Of a DNA stretch of 64,000 nucleotides, positions 54,777-64,000 are shown piece after piece (the first letter of the stretch is position 1; each line of letters starts with the position of its first letter). This stretch comes from Leptolyngbya foveolarum (GTDB lineage Bacteria > Cyanobacteriota > Cyanobacteriia > Phormidesmidales > Phormidesmidaceae): positions 577 to 64,576 of the forward strand of contig QBMC01000005.1 in assembly GCA_003242035.1 (NCBI GenBank), in the 5' to 3' direction. The notes beneath the pieces are model-generated. The model was given only the letters and a program-made list of their open reading frames with translations, did not search any database and was not told where the DNA came from. Made by a program: the position numbers and the translations under genes.

Positions 54777-57700
54777 TTAGGGTAAAGACGGTGGGCATGT
54801 GGCGGTTGGATCAACTCGAGCACCGTTGAAGGTTACACAGCGAAGATTCCTCACGTATTGATCATCGACGGGTAGTTCACGGTAAAACTCACTGCGTGGA
54901 CGATCTATCGTGACAAAGCGACGGGCAATTGGGCCAGCCGGGGCATATTGCAGGCCCACATCGTATCCCCAAATTCGGTTGGGTGCACCATAAAAACGCG
55001 TTCTAAAAAAGTCGACCACTGGATCCGAACCCGGCTCCCAAGCATCTTGATCAAAGGGTGCTGTTGCGGATGTACTAAAGTTCAGTTGGAAGAATCCACC
55101 TGAAATATGTAGATCCACAGCCTGCCAATGCTCTAAAAACCTCGGGAAATTATGCATTCCGCCGTAGGTTTGTCCGGCCTGCGAAGGCACAATGCCACTG
55201 ATAAAGACGGCATTCACAATCGTACGACTCGCAATCTGCATATCTCCCCCTCGCTTGTCATTGAACTCAGCATCGGTATTTGCAAATCTGACGAACAGAT
55301 TATCAGCAACTGCCGAGCCGGATGCTTGGACGACGCCACCGTTCCGGTTTATCAGTATGGGCGTTGTTCCTGTTGTTGTTGTATCGCTAGGATTGACATG
55401 TCGCCAGAAGTTACGCGCTACGGCACCGTTATCAAAAAGGCGGTTTTGGTTTTGATAGGAACTACGGCCCGATCCATTTGGACTTTGATTGCGTGATAGC
55501 GTAAATCCATCTTCAATGTTGCCATCGACAAAGGTTCTTGATAGAACGCCCACAGCATCTCCTACGACTTCGACTGGTCGCCATTGATCGTTGGCAGGTT
55601 TGGCAAAATTTGTATCGTTGCGGTTGGCTTTTAGGCGATCACCATAAAAGTCCATATTAACGCCGCCACCGCCTGCGTCTTGGGTTTTGTCAGCGCAAGC
55701 ATTGGAGATCAGCCTATCGGTAAATTCTTCAATCAAATTAGTGCAAGGGTTAGCTGCGGTTGGATCGAAGGTGCTGCCGTAGGATTGGTGCAGATTAAAG
55801 TCTCCTTTAATGTAAACCACGTTGTCGGAAACAAATGTCATTCCTGACTGTACGACTGGTGAAACATTTGATCGATTTAAAGTAGCACCATTAATTAGTC
55901 TAAAGCCATGGGGACGACGACCGGGATCGGGATAGAAATCGATGGGTTTTGTACTAATTTTCGTAGCAGCTATTAGAGGGGGATCTTGCAAAAATGGAGA
56001 CGCAGTGACCGCCTTCAAACGACAGTTTCTATTGTTGCCGGTGACTCGAAATCCGCTACCGCTAGCGTTTGTGTAGACTTCATTCCACTCGTCACAGTTT
56101 GTCCAGTTAGTACTGCTATCTTTTGGCCTGACGATAGAGTCTTCTCGAACGGCATCTTCTCGGAAGGCGTAGACAATTCCATCTGTCTTGGCAATGAAGC
56201 ATTCACCCGTAGTTGTGCAGCTAGCCGTAGGTGTAGCAACCTGATAAAGAGAGAGTTTTCCAATATCGAGATCCAACATCCGTACGCTCATCATTTCACG
56301 ACCGTCGTACATGGCTTTATCTAGCAAAGCAACGTCACGACCAGCGCTTCCCATAGTAATTGTAAAAGGCTGAGTATTTGGGTTCGTCAGCACGTCTCTA
56401 GCGGCAGTAGTCGGCAGTGACCAACCGGTGAAATCGATAGCACGCGGCGCAAATGCTGTACTCAACGCTAAAACGTCAGCATCTAAAACAGGATAATAGT
56501 TACTTTTGCTACCGTTGGTATTTTGAGTCGCAATGTAAGCGTCAGCGATGTATTCTTCAGTGGCGGGCTGAGTGTGATTAACATAGATATTAGCTGTGCT
56601 GGAATCATCATTACCACGATGGTCATGTGGAAAGTAAGGAAAGAGATAATAGAGCGAAGGGTATTTTACGTCCCTGCTGACAGATTGGCATAAGGACATT
56701 GCCAATGCGATCTTGCGGCTAAGTTCGGGCGTAGTCGAAAAAATATCTGGGTCACAGCTAGAAAATACTTGAGCGCCCAAATAAGCCGGTCCAATAAGGC
56801 CACTATCAGTATCCCAAACCGTATTGCTTGCAGAGGGTACAACAGGTACTCCACCCGTTCTAAACCCAAGTAAACGATCCCGCTGAAACTGGGAGCCACG
56901 TTTTAGTATTGCAGATGCCTCTGTATATTTGTTGGCAACTGAAGCACCCAATCCGTTCTTGTTTAAAATGGTTCTGTAAAAGTCTTCTGCTGTAAACTGA
57001 GCGTAATAGTCTGCTGCATCACAGGTACGATCATAAGTGCTGAGAGAGTCAGATGTGCACCCACTTCTAGGATTTGCACCACTTAAAGAATTATCTTTAG
57101 TATCTACCCAGTTTCCACTGCCGAAGCCAATTCGCCCCTTTGCGCCACTCTTGATAACGAGCTGGCCATCGCTACCCATCTCACCGATAAAAGCATCAAT
57201 GTCTTTATTCGCGCCGCCGCCACCATCGCCATCAACAAGATTCTCCATATGGACGCCTAGTGCATTTACTGAGTCCAGATCAAAGATTCCTAACTGGATT
57301 TCGTTGTATAAGTCATACGACAGCATCCCGACAGTACAAGCAGCTGAATGTAGGGTTGATTTATCGGCAGGGCTCAAGCTCGCATAAGCTGTTCCTGAGG
57401 CAAGGATGCGGCGTAGCCGAGAAAAATCGCCCCAAGCCGCCATATTAGGTGCCGGATGAACGTTGCCATCTTGAGTGGGTACGAATGAGGGTGCTCCACC
57501 GAGCGGATCTCCGGCAAAGTTGCCGAGGTTTCTTAGCACTTTTCCTAAAGGTGCAGTAGAAGCAATTGCTGCGGCGAAAGCTGTATCCGTTGTGTAGGGA
57601 AAAGCAAACTCCCACCCGTTCGTACCAACACCGTTAAAGAAGTCTGCATTGAGTTTTTGGGTTCCATTGACAGCTATTGTGTTGAACGTGCGGCTATTAA

Positions 57701-59513
57701 CAATGGCAGTTGCAGTACCCGGATGAGCCGTAGAAGCGATACAAGCTCGTGGAAACTGACCACTGTTAGAACCATAATGATAAACCACCATGCCTTGCAC
57801 AGCCGCTAAGTTATCGTATAGAGATCTTCTTTGTCGAGCTTCAGCAGAAGCATCGGTATTAGGTGGATACAGCGGATCTCTATTATTAGCCGTTGATTCA
57901 GAAACGCCCTTCCAGCCGAATGTGTTGCCCAGTTCCAATCGCTGTCCAACAATAATCCTTAATCCTTGGCCAATTGCCCGACGCTCCCAGTACCCGTCTA
58001 AACCGTAAATACCCTTAGTAGCGTCTAACGCTGTCAAAGAGTTGTCACTGGTAATGGGAGACCCCACAGAGGAACCTGCCGGAATACTACGGCTTTTGTC
58101 GTAGGCAGCCTTGGGGCCATAACGATCATCCGCTCTATAGGTATCATCTAAATAAGGCGTTGCAGAAGGGCTGTTGTAAATTCTTCCCTTACTGGCAAAC
58201 GACTTGGGTTCGGTATCCCAACTGCTGTCGTGTGTCCAGCCACTATCACTACGATGCTTTAATTTATTTTTGGTAAACAGTTCAATAGGATCTAATAAAA
58301 TACCTCTTAGATCTTGCTGAGTCGCAGTGACCGAATCATTATCAGTCCCAATTCTGGTGTCGTTGCCAGTATCAGGCTTTTGACCATCATTGGTGAAAGT
58401 ATGAAAACGAGGCGTATCGTTGCCATTATCTGTTGAGAGTCCCTCAAAGTCGTTTGTACCACTTTTAGCCGATAGCACTTCACCGTTATAGGTGCCATTA
58501 GCATCAGTAACGGTGGCTAAGGTGATTTCTCCAGCCTCTTTGGAATACACGCAAGAATTGTGGGAAGTTAGCATCCGGGCCTGGTATCTATCTCGAATCA
58601 ACAGGTTACCTTCTGTATGCATCGCCCCATTCCAGAAGAAGGCCCTGTTAGCACCTGGAAAGAGTTCTAGATCATACTTAAACCAGGCCCCCCACTTATT
58701 CCCTCGGCTGGCTTGGCGAACCTGCTGAAACTCTAATGCAGTCGCCGTACGGTTGGCATTGTTACGATTCGCGACAAAGGCTGTCACCTGAAAATTCTTT
58801 TGCAATAAAGCTGGACTCACAACTTGCCATCCGGCCTCCGGTGCTCGCGGTGAGCCACACCCTGCTTGAGCCTCGCTGGTATTGATAGGGCCATTGCGAG
58901 TAACTAAGCTGTTAGCTTTTGCTTGGGTCAATTCGTCAGTGATACTGACAGTACCGTTGGCATCATCCATTAAAATCGAATAAGTGACCAGTTCACCGGG
59001 GTCAACGGTTCCATTGCCATCAATATCGGATGGAAAAACCCAGGCATTGTCATCACCGCCACCATTAATATCAACCCTCGTTTCGTCAGGAAACTTGTAA
59101 GGATCGTTAGCGGTAATGCGCGGAATGCCATTGGTGTTGTTATTGAGCATCATGCTAGCAATTACATCGCTTGAGGGTACGCCCCCTGGAAAGCGAGAGT
59201 CTTTCGAAAACAAGTACTCTAACTTGGCCTTAGCCCTATCGATGGCAGGAGCCGCTGCACTATCAACAACTTGCTGCTCGCGTAGAGCAATTACACTAGC
59301 TGAACGGCTAAAGGTTCTAAAGCTCATCGCGCCCACAGTTAGCGTAAGTACTAGAAGCAGTAGAGCCGCTGTTGGTAAAACAAATCCTGCCTGACTTGGT
59401 TTGTTAGCAAGAAACAGACTTCTCAAAAGACCGCTCATAAATCGGCGACTGAGCCGCTGAAAGTCTGAGCGAGGTTTTCTGTTTCTTCCGTGACTCTGCT
59501 TGTCGGCTGACAT
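54777..59513 (-). CDS. hpsA: Giant PilX-like prepilin protein, HpsA-type (about 1578 aa)
   Basis: Leader ending QAG|FVLPTAALLLLV (no E5), PAIDRAKAKLEYLF, GAWFKYDLE and C-terminal YGGMHNFPRFLEHW...WGYDVGL. Start set at ATG 59513; ORF is open to 59726. Confidence 0.8.
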   Translation of the reverse strand: MSADKQSHGRNRKPRSDFQRLSRRFMSGLLRSLFLANKPSQAGFVLPTAALLLLVLTLTVGAMSFRTFSRSASVIALREQQVVDSAAAPAIDRAKAKLEYLFSKDSRFPGGVPSSDVIASMMLNNNTNGIPRITANDPYKFPDETRVDINGGGDDNAWVFPSDIDGNGTVDPGELVTYSILMDDANGTVSITDELTQAKANSLVTRNGPINTSEAQAGCGSPRAPEAGWQVVSPALLQKNFQVTAFVANRNNANRTATALEFQQVRQASRGNKWGAWFKYDLELFPGANRAFFWNGAMHTEGNLLIRDRYQARMLTSHNSCVYSKEAGEITLATVTDANGTYNGEVLSAKSGTNDFEGLSTDNGNDTPRFHTFTNDGQKPDTGNDTRIGTDNDSVTATQQDLRGILLDPIELFTKNKLKHRSDSGWTHDSSWDTEPKSFASKGRIYNSPSATPYLDDTYRADDRYGPKAAYDKSRSIPAGSSVGSPITSDNSLTALDATKGIYGLDGYWERRAIGQGLRIIVGQRLELGNTFGWKGVSESTANNRDPLYPPNTDASAEARQRRSLYDNLAAVQGMVVYHYGSNSGQFPRACIASTAHPGTATAIVNSRTFNTIAVNGTQKLNADFFNGVGTNGWEFAFPYTTDTAFAAAIASTAPLGKVLRNLGNFAGDPLGGAPSFVPTQDGNVHPAPNMAAWGDFSRLRRILASGTAYASLSPADKSTLHSAACTVGMLSYDLYNEIQLGIFDLDSVNALGVHMENLVDGDGGGGANKDIDAFIGEMGSDGQLVIKSGAKGRIGFGSGNWVDTKDNSLSGANPRSGCTSDSLSTYDRTCDAADYYAQFTAEDFYRTILNKNGLGASVANKYTEASAILKRGSQFQRDRLLGFRTGGVPVVPSASNTVWDTDSGLIGPAYLGAQVFSSCDPDIFSTTPELSRKIALAMSLCQSVSRDVKYPSLYYLFPYFPHDHRGNDDSSTANIYVNHTQPATEEYIADAYIATQNTNGSKSNYYPVLDADVLALSTAFAPRAIDFTGWSLPTTAARDVLTNPNTQPFTITMGSAGRDVALLDKAMYDGREMMSVRMLDLDIGKLSLYQVATPTASCTTTGECFIAKTDGIVYAFREDAVREDSIVRPKDSSTNWTNCDEWNEVYTNASGSGFRVTGNNRNCRLKAVTASPFLQDPPLIAATKISTKPIDFYPDPGRRPHGFRLINGATLNRSNVSPVVQSGMTFVSDNVVYIKGDFNLHQSYGSTFDPTAANPCTNLIEEFTDRLISNACADKTQDAGGGGVNMDFYGDRLKANRNDTNFAKPANDQWRPVEVVGDAVGVLSRTFVDGNIEDGFTLSRNQSPNGSGRSSYQNQNRLFDNGAVARNFWRHVNPSDTTTTGTTPILINRNGGVVQASGSAVADNLFVRFANTDAEFNDKRGGDMQIASRTIVNAVFISGIVPSQAGQTYGGMHNFPRFLEHWQAVDLHISGGFFQLNFSTSATAPFDQDAWEPGSDPVVDFFRTRFYGAPNRIWGYDVGLQYAPAGPIARRFVTIDRPRSEFYRELPVDDQYVRNLRCVTFNGARVDPTATCPPSLP

Positions 59514-59730
59514 AGCTGGCTTCCTAATCTGAGGGTGAGATGCAAAGGAGCTGGAGCGCGTGAGGCTTGGGAGAGTTGTATAAAACCTGCCAAGTCCAGT
59601 CGGTGATGACGGCTTCCGGATAGTTTTTGCACTATTATCTGTCCAGATTACCCACTTGTAGAAAGCAGACCACCCGTAGGGATACGTATCCGAGAGGTCT
59701 GGGAAGGTAAATGATGTATCACGCACAGCA

Positions 59731-59760
59731 AAAAGCCCTCCGCGAATCGCGAAAGGCTTT
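59731..59760 (-). terminator. Terminator downstream of rpmB
   Basis: Minus strand hairpin AAAGCCTTTCGCG-ATT-CGCGGAGGGCTTTT. Confidence 0.6.
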
Positions 59761-59795
59761 AAGAACGTATGAGATTTTTTGAGAAGAGGTTCTGC

Positions 59796-60032
59796 TTAAT
59801 ACTTATTTAAATCAAGCCCAGCTTCACGCGCCATTGCTTCTAAGCCTTTTTTCTCAATGGTTTTGAGGGCTTTAGTAGAAACGCGCAGCTTGACGAAGCG
59901 GTTGCCCTGAGGCCACCAGATACGCTTATCTTGCAGGTTGGCTTCTTGCAGCCGCTTGGTACGGCGGTGGGAGTGGGAAACGGCAAAAGCGTTGTTGGCT
60001 TTTTTGCCAGTGAGGTCGCACTTCTTAGACAT
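59796..60032 (-). CDS. rpmB: 50S ribosomal protein L28
   Basis: [31 protein letters not shown]. Confidence 0.97.
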   Translation of the reverse strand: MSKKCDLTGKKANNAFAVSHSHRRTKRLQEANLQDKRIWWPQGNRFVKLRVSTKALKTIEKKGLEAMAREAGLDLNKY

Positions 60033-60081
60033 TTGAGTTCTACGCTAACAGAGTTACTTATTATAGACAGGTAATGGCATT

Positions 60082-60122
60082 GCAGGCAAAACGCAAAATC
60101 AAGTTGCTTGCGCTTTGCCCGC
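60082..60122 (-). terminator. Hairpin downstream of htpG
   Basis: Imperfect inverted repeat GCAGGCAAAACGCAA / TTGCGCTTTGCCCGC. Confidence 0.4.
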
Positions 60123-60148
60123 AAAATTGCTGATTCATTGAGCCATGC

Positions 60149-62119
60149 TTACCGCTCAGTTAGCTGAGTCAGTAGCTGAGTAGAACGCTCGGTAAACGCC
60201 TTCATCCCGTCAGCATCAAAACCTTTCTGAGCCATCAGCGCCAGGTCGTATACCTGCTCGCAAATAAGGGAAGCTAACTGAGCAGAAGGCGATTGACCAC
60301 CGTCCGGCTGAACAATACTGCCCTGCTGTAGCTTCGTCAGGTTCTGAATCAGCGGATGCGCTGTATTAACTAGCAGCGTATGCGACTCTGGAAACTGAAC
60401 GCTCTGCTGCTGCAAAAAGGCGCTCATCTCCTGCATCCGGCGCAGCTCTTCGGGCACCAGCACAACGGCAGGTGGCGCAGAGTTATCAGTGGACTTAAGC
60501 GGCTCCGTGCGGATAGTAATCTGCGGACGGTTTAGCGCTTTCTCAAAGACTTCCTTAATTTGCTCGCTACGGGTTTTGCTAGTTTCAGGATCAATAATTT
60601 CGTTTGATTGGTCTTCGTCAATCAAAATATCGTCGAGGTCGGCATCTACTCGCGAGAACTTAACGTCTGAGTATTCTTGCTCTAAAAAGGAAACAAAGTG
60701 AGTGTCGATGAACGAGTCCATAAACAGCACTTCAAGCCCCTGGTTCTTTAGCAGGCTAACGTAAGTAGCTTGAGAAACTTCGTCCGTAGCGTAATACACC
60801 CGGTTTTCGTGCTTCGTTTTATTCCGCTCTAGATACTCCTGAATGGTGGTGTAGTAAGCACCATTTTTATCAGTAGCAGTCGTGTTGCCCACATCAGACC
60901 AAGCGTCATCGCCTTCAGCCTGCACCTCTACTTTTGGCTGGTCGCCTTCAGCCAAGTCCGCCGTAGATCGGAAAATAACGTAGTCCTTGACCTGCTTTTT
61001 GAACTTGTCGTCGTTCAAAGAGCCAAACTTGACGAAGGTGCCTAAGTCTTGCCAAGTGCGGATATATTCGGACAGATCATCTCGGTAGAGTTCTTTAAGG
61101 CGATCGCCCACCTTCTTCGCCACATAATCCGCAATTCGCCTTACCGTCCGATCAGCTTGCAAAAAGCTTCGCGACACGTTCAGCGGAATATCTGAACTGT
61201 CAATAACGCCTCGCAGCGGCGTCAAGAACTTAGGAATAATTTCCTCGCAGTTATCGCTAACAAATACCTGATTGCAGAACAGCTTGATTTGACCTTTGTT
61301 CATCTCCACGTCTGGCTTGAGCTTAGGGAAAAACAAAATGCCATTGACCACAAACGGATAGTCAGTGTTGAGATGTACCCATAGCAAAGGTTCTTCTTCG
61401 TAGGGATAGAGATAGCGGTAGAAGTCGAGGTAGTCCTCGTCCTTTAGCTCGCTAGGCGACTTCTTCCACAGGGCTTCCTGCTTATTGATAGCCTCTTCGC
61501 CAAACTTGATTGGCACAGGCATGAAGTCGCAGTAAGTCTTAATTAATTGGCGAATGCGCTGCTCTTCTAGGTATTCCAGTTCGTCGTCATTAAGGTATAG
61601 CGTGATGGTGGTGCCACGCTCTGGGCGATCGCCCTCACTCAGCTCAAAAGACGTACTCCCGTCACAAGACCAATGAATAGGCTGTGCGCCCTCTTGCCAT
61701 GAAAGCGTGTCGATATCAACCCGATCAGCCACCATAAACGACGAGTAAAAACCCAGTCCAAAATGGCCGATGATCTGCTGGTCATCGTTATCTTTATATT
61801 TGGTAATGAACTCTTCCGCACTGGAAAAAGCCACCTGGTTGATGTACTTTTTGATTTCATCAGCGGTCATGCCAATGCCGTTGTCGCTGATGCTGAGCGT
61901 TTTGGCCTCCTGATCGACTGCGATCGCGATCTCAGGCTCCACGACTTCCTTATACTCGCCCGAACGAGAAAGCATACTTAGCTTACTGATGGCATCAACG
62001 CCATTTGAGACCAATTCACGAATAAAAATCTCATGGTCAGAATATAGCCACTTTTTAATAATGGGAAATATATTCTCGGTATGGATGCTGATATTGCCCT
62101 GTTCCAAAACCGTAGTCAT
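60149..62119 (-). CDS. htpG: Molecular chaperone HtpG (Hsp90)
   Basis: FIRELVSNGVDA, DNGIGM, IGHFGLGFYS and DIPLNVSRS. Confidence 0.97.
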   Translation of the reverse strand: MTTVLEQGNISIHTENIFPIIKKWLYSDHEIFIRELVSNGVDAISKLSMLSRSGEYKEVVEPEIAIAVDQEAKTLSISDNGIGMTADEIKKYINQVAFSSAEEFITKYKDNDDQQIIGHFGLGFYSSFMVADRVDIDTLSWQEGAQPIHWSCDGSTSFELSEGDRPERGTTITLYLNDDELEYLEEQRIRQLIKTYCDFMPVPIKFGEEAINKQEALWKKSPSELKDEDYLDFYRYLYPYEEEPLLWVHLNTDYPFVVNGILFFPKLKPDVEMNKGQIKLFCNQVFVSDNCEEIIPKFLTPLRGVIDSSDIPLNVSRSFLQADRTVRRIADYVAKKVGDRLKELYRDDLSEYIRTWQDLGTFVKFGSLNDDKFKKQVKDYVIFRSTADLAEGDQPKVEVQAEGDDAWSDVGNTTATDKNGAYYTTIQEYLERNKTKHENRVYYATDEVSQATYVSLLKNQGLEVLFMDSFIDTHFVSFLEQEYSDVKFSRVDADLDDILIDEDQSNEIIDPETSKTRSEQIKEVFEKALNRPQITIRTEPLKSTDNSAPPAVVLVPEELRRMQEMSAFLQQQSVQFPESHTLLVNTAHPLIQNLTKLQQGSIVQPDGGQSPSAQLASLICEQVYDLALMAQKGFDADGMKAFTERSTQLLTQLTER

Positions 62120-62287
62120 AAAATACGCTCCGCCGCTTACCGCGATATAAAAACCTAAGATATATTGTGTTCAATTTCAAGCGCAGTGCAATAGAAGAAA
62201 GCCGAACCAATCGTAGACTGCTTTCACTACCGGAGCAGTTCTGGCATCATGCCGAAGAAGGGAGGGTTTCGAAGGCGATCGCTCTCT

Positions 62288-63571
62288 TCACAACGACTGG
62301 CAATGAGTTTGAGCCATGAGCCTATGGTAAAGCTGCTGATACTGCTGAGATTGAGCGACTAGAGTGAATTTTTCTTCTACGGTCTGACGAGCAGCTTTTG
62401 AGAGCAGGTGCAGGCGCTCGGGGTTCTCTAAAACCCAGAGGATGCCTTGGGCTAAATCGACTGCATCGAAGCACTTAGCAGCATAGCCATTTTGCTGATG
62501 AACAATGCTGTCACGCGCTCCTGTTGCGTTGAAGGCCACTACAGGCGTACCGCAAGCCATGGCTTCAATGGTCGTTTTGGCAAAATTATCTTGAATAGAG
62601 GGCATTACCATAACATCGGCGGCAGAGTAGGCGATCGCCAGCATCGTATCGTCGTATAGACGACCCACAAAAGTAGTCGGTAACCTCAAGTCTAAATCTT
62701 GGGCGGGGCGGTCTGTACCGAAGATGACAACCTCGTATTCTTTAGCTTGAGGGTCGGCAGCGAGATAATGTAGTGCCTTGCACAGATGTTCGAACCCCTT
62801 ACGGGAGTCTGCGGTAGGGTTGAGTGCGCCAAAGAGAATGAGCTTTTTATTTTGAGGAAGATTCAGTAGTTCGCGAGCGGTTAATTGATTGATGGGTCGG
62901 TATTGTTTGGCATCGACTGCGTTGGGAATAACCTGGATAGGCCGATGGGCAAACAAAGCGCTTTGACGGGCGCAGTCGGCAAGCCATTCACTCAAGGGCG
63001 CTATGGTCATATTAACATTACGCCATGCAGCTCTTTTTCGCTGCCATCCCTTATAAGCTAGATCTTTTAGTCGAGTAGAACCCAAAAGAGGGCACTTGCC
63101 GCAAGCTGTCTGATAGGCTTCGCAGTCGCCAGCGTAGTGGCACCCTCCGGTGAAAGCCCACATGTCTCGCAGCGTCCAGACCAGAGGTCTTTGCTTTTTA
63201 CCAACAAACTGACGTAAATCTTGAGGGCGCAGTAGGCCACCCGCAACCCAATGCAGGTTGATGACGTCTGGGTTAATGGCTTCTACCTGTTGGGCGATCG
63301 CATTCGGATAGATGGCAGGGGAAAAAGCACCGGGCACTTTGTTTTTGTAACGCTTAAGTGGCCAATACTCTACAGTTTGCCGAATTCCATTGAAGACTTT
63401 GTGTGAACCCTGAACGCCAGGAGAACCCAGCACCGTTGGATCGTTGGTATACTTTTCGGCTACTAGCATCCAGGAATCTACACCCGCTTGCCGAAGTGCT
63501 TTGTGCATGTTGTAAGCGCCTCTGGCTGCACCTCCGTTGGCGTCAGCGGTGCTGAGGTGGAGTACTTTCAT
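62288..63571 (-). CDS. Glycosyltransferase family 4
   Basis: MKVLHLS..D..GGAAR, INLHW, WTLRDMW.FTGGCHY and DNFAKTTIEAMACGTPVV. ATG 63571 overlaps the upstream stop (ATGA). Confidence 0.9.
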   Translation of the reverse strand: MKVLHLSTADANGGAARGAYNMHKALRQAGVDSWMLVAEKYTNDPTVLGSPGVQGSHKVFNGIRQTVEYWPLKRYKNKVPGAFSPAIYPNAIAQQVEAINPDVINLHWVAGGLLRPQDLRQFVGKKQRPLVWTLRDMWAFTGGCHYAGDCEAYQTACGKCPLLGSTRLKDLAYKGWQRKRAAWRNVNMTIAPLSEWLADCARQSALFAHRPIQVIPNAVDAKQYRPINQLTARELLNLPQNKKLILFGALNPTADSRKGFEHLCKALHYLAADPQAKEYEVVIFGTDRPAQDLDLRLPTTFVGRLYDDTMLAIAYSAADVMVMPSIQDNFAKTTIEAMACGTPVVAFNATGARDSIVHQQNGYAAKCFDAVDLAQGILWVLENPERLHLLSKAARQTVEEKFTLVAQSQQYQQLYHRLMAQTHCQSL

Positions 63572-64000
63572 GGTTTGTCGAGAACAGATTGGGCGATGTC
63601 GGCAGGAATATTTTGGCGCTGAAAGTAAGCGCGAATTCGAGCTTGTCTTACAGGCCAGGGCATCAGCTCGCTGCCAATAATTTTGACCAGCTTGCGACCG
63701 TAGAAGGCAGCGTACTTCCATCGAGGCACAGCGGATTCTGCGCGATGAATGCTGTTGACCATATGCTCTACGTTGTGAGGAGATCGCCGACTAGTCAGAC
63801 TTTTAAGGACTTGCCATTTGCTTGATAGGCGATCGCTAGTTGCCCACTGAATCCATAGCGGCATATAGCGAATAACATCTGCTAAGCGATAGTCTGTGGT
63901 CGCTCTCAGGCAGCTCGAAAGCTGAGCTTCGTAACCATTTGCTTTGGCACGGCAGATATATTCAAAATCGCCACCGTAATGTCGAAAACGCGCTGTGTCA
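63568..64000 (-). CDS. Glycosyltransferase family 2, C-terminal part (truncated by window edge)
   Basis: Frame open to the edge: DTARFRHYGGDFEYICRAKANG..., matching the GT2 'D..F.HY.GD.DY..RA' pattern. Confidence 0.65.
   Translation of the reverse strand, partial: DTARFRHYGGDFEYICRAKANGYEAQLSSCLRATTDYRLADVIRYMPLWIQWATSDRLSSKWQVLKSLTSRRSPHNVEHMVNSIHRAESAVPRWKYAAFYGRKLVKIIGSELMPWPVRQARIRAYFQRQNIPADIAQSVLDKP

Noticed and set aside
62120-62287. CIRCE heat-shock operator upstream of htpG (also checked upstream of clpB)
   Set aside because: TTAGCACTC-N9-GAGTGCTAA is not present.

Overview
A 64-kb chromosomal segment of a cyanobacterium. Evidence: abundant HIP1 octamers GCGATCGC, a divergent prk/petH pair with CpcD-domain FNR, and an hpsA-type pilin cluster. 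A filamentous Leptolyngbya/Phormidesmis-like lineage is an inference. Most of the window is housekeeping: pyrH-frr, lysS, miaB, eno, gloA, clpB, nth, trmB, tamB, a gyrA/parC paralog, a sugar ABC ATPase, prk, petH, hom, prmC, rpmB, htpG and two glycosyltransferases. No rRNA, tRNA, CRISPR array or intact transposase was recognised. The most notable elements are: (i) an AT-richer, HIP1-poor 8-kb cluster of a giant PilX-like HpsA plus four prepilin genes; (ii) a 611-aa fusion of a nucleoside-hydrolase-like domain to an SxxK serine hydrolase; (iii) a non-canonical PII paralog lacking the S49/R45/E85 determinants, with a CRP-like box and an unannotated 56-aa membrane protein upstream; (iv) further unannotated small membrane-protein ORFs; (v) a frameshifted GNAT gene; (vi) a 94-bp MITE/REP-like palindromic element. 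All product calls come from motif recognition by eye; no database search was run.
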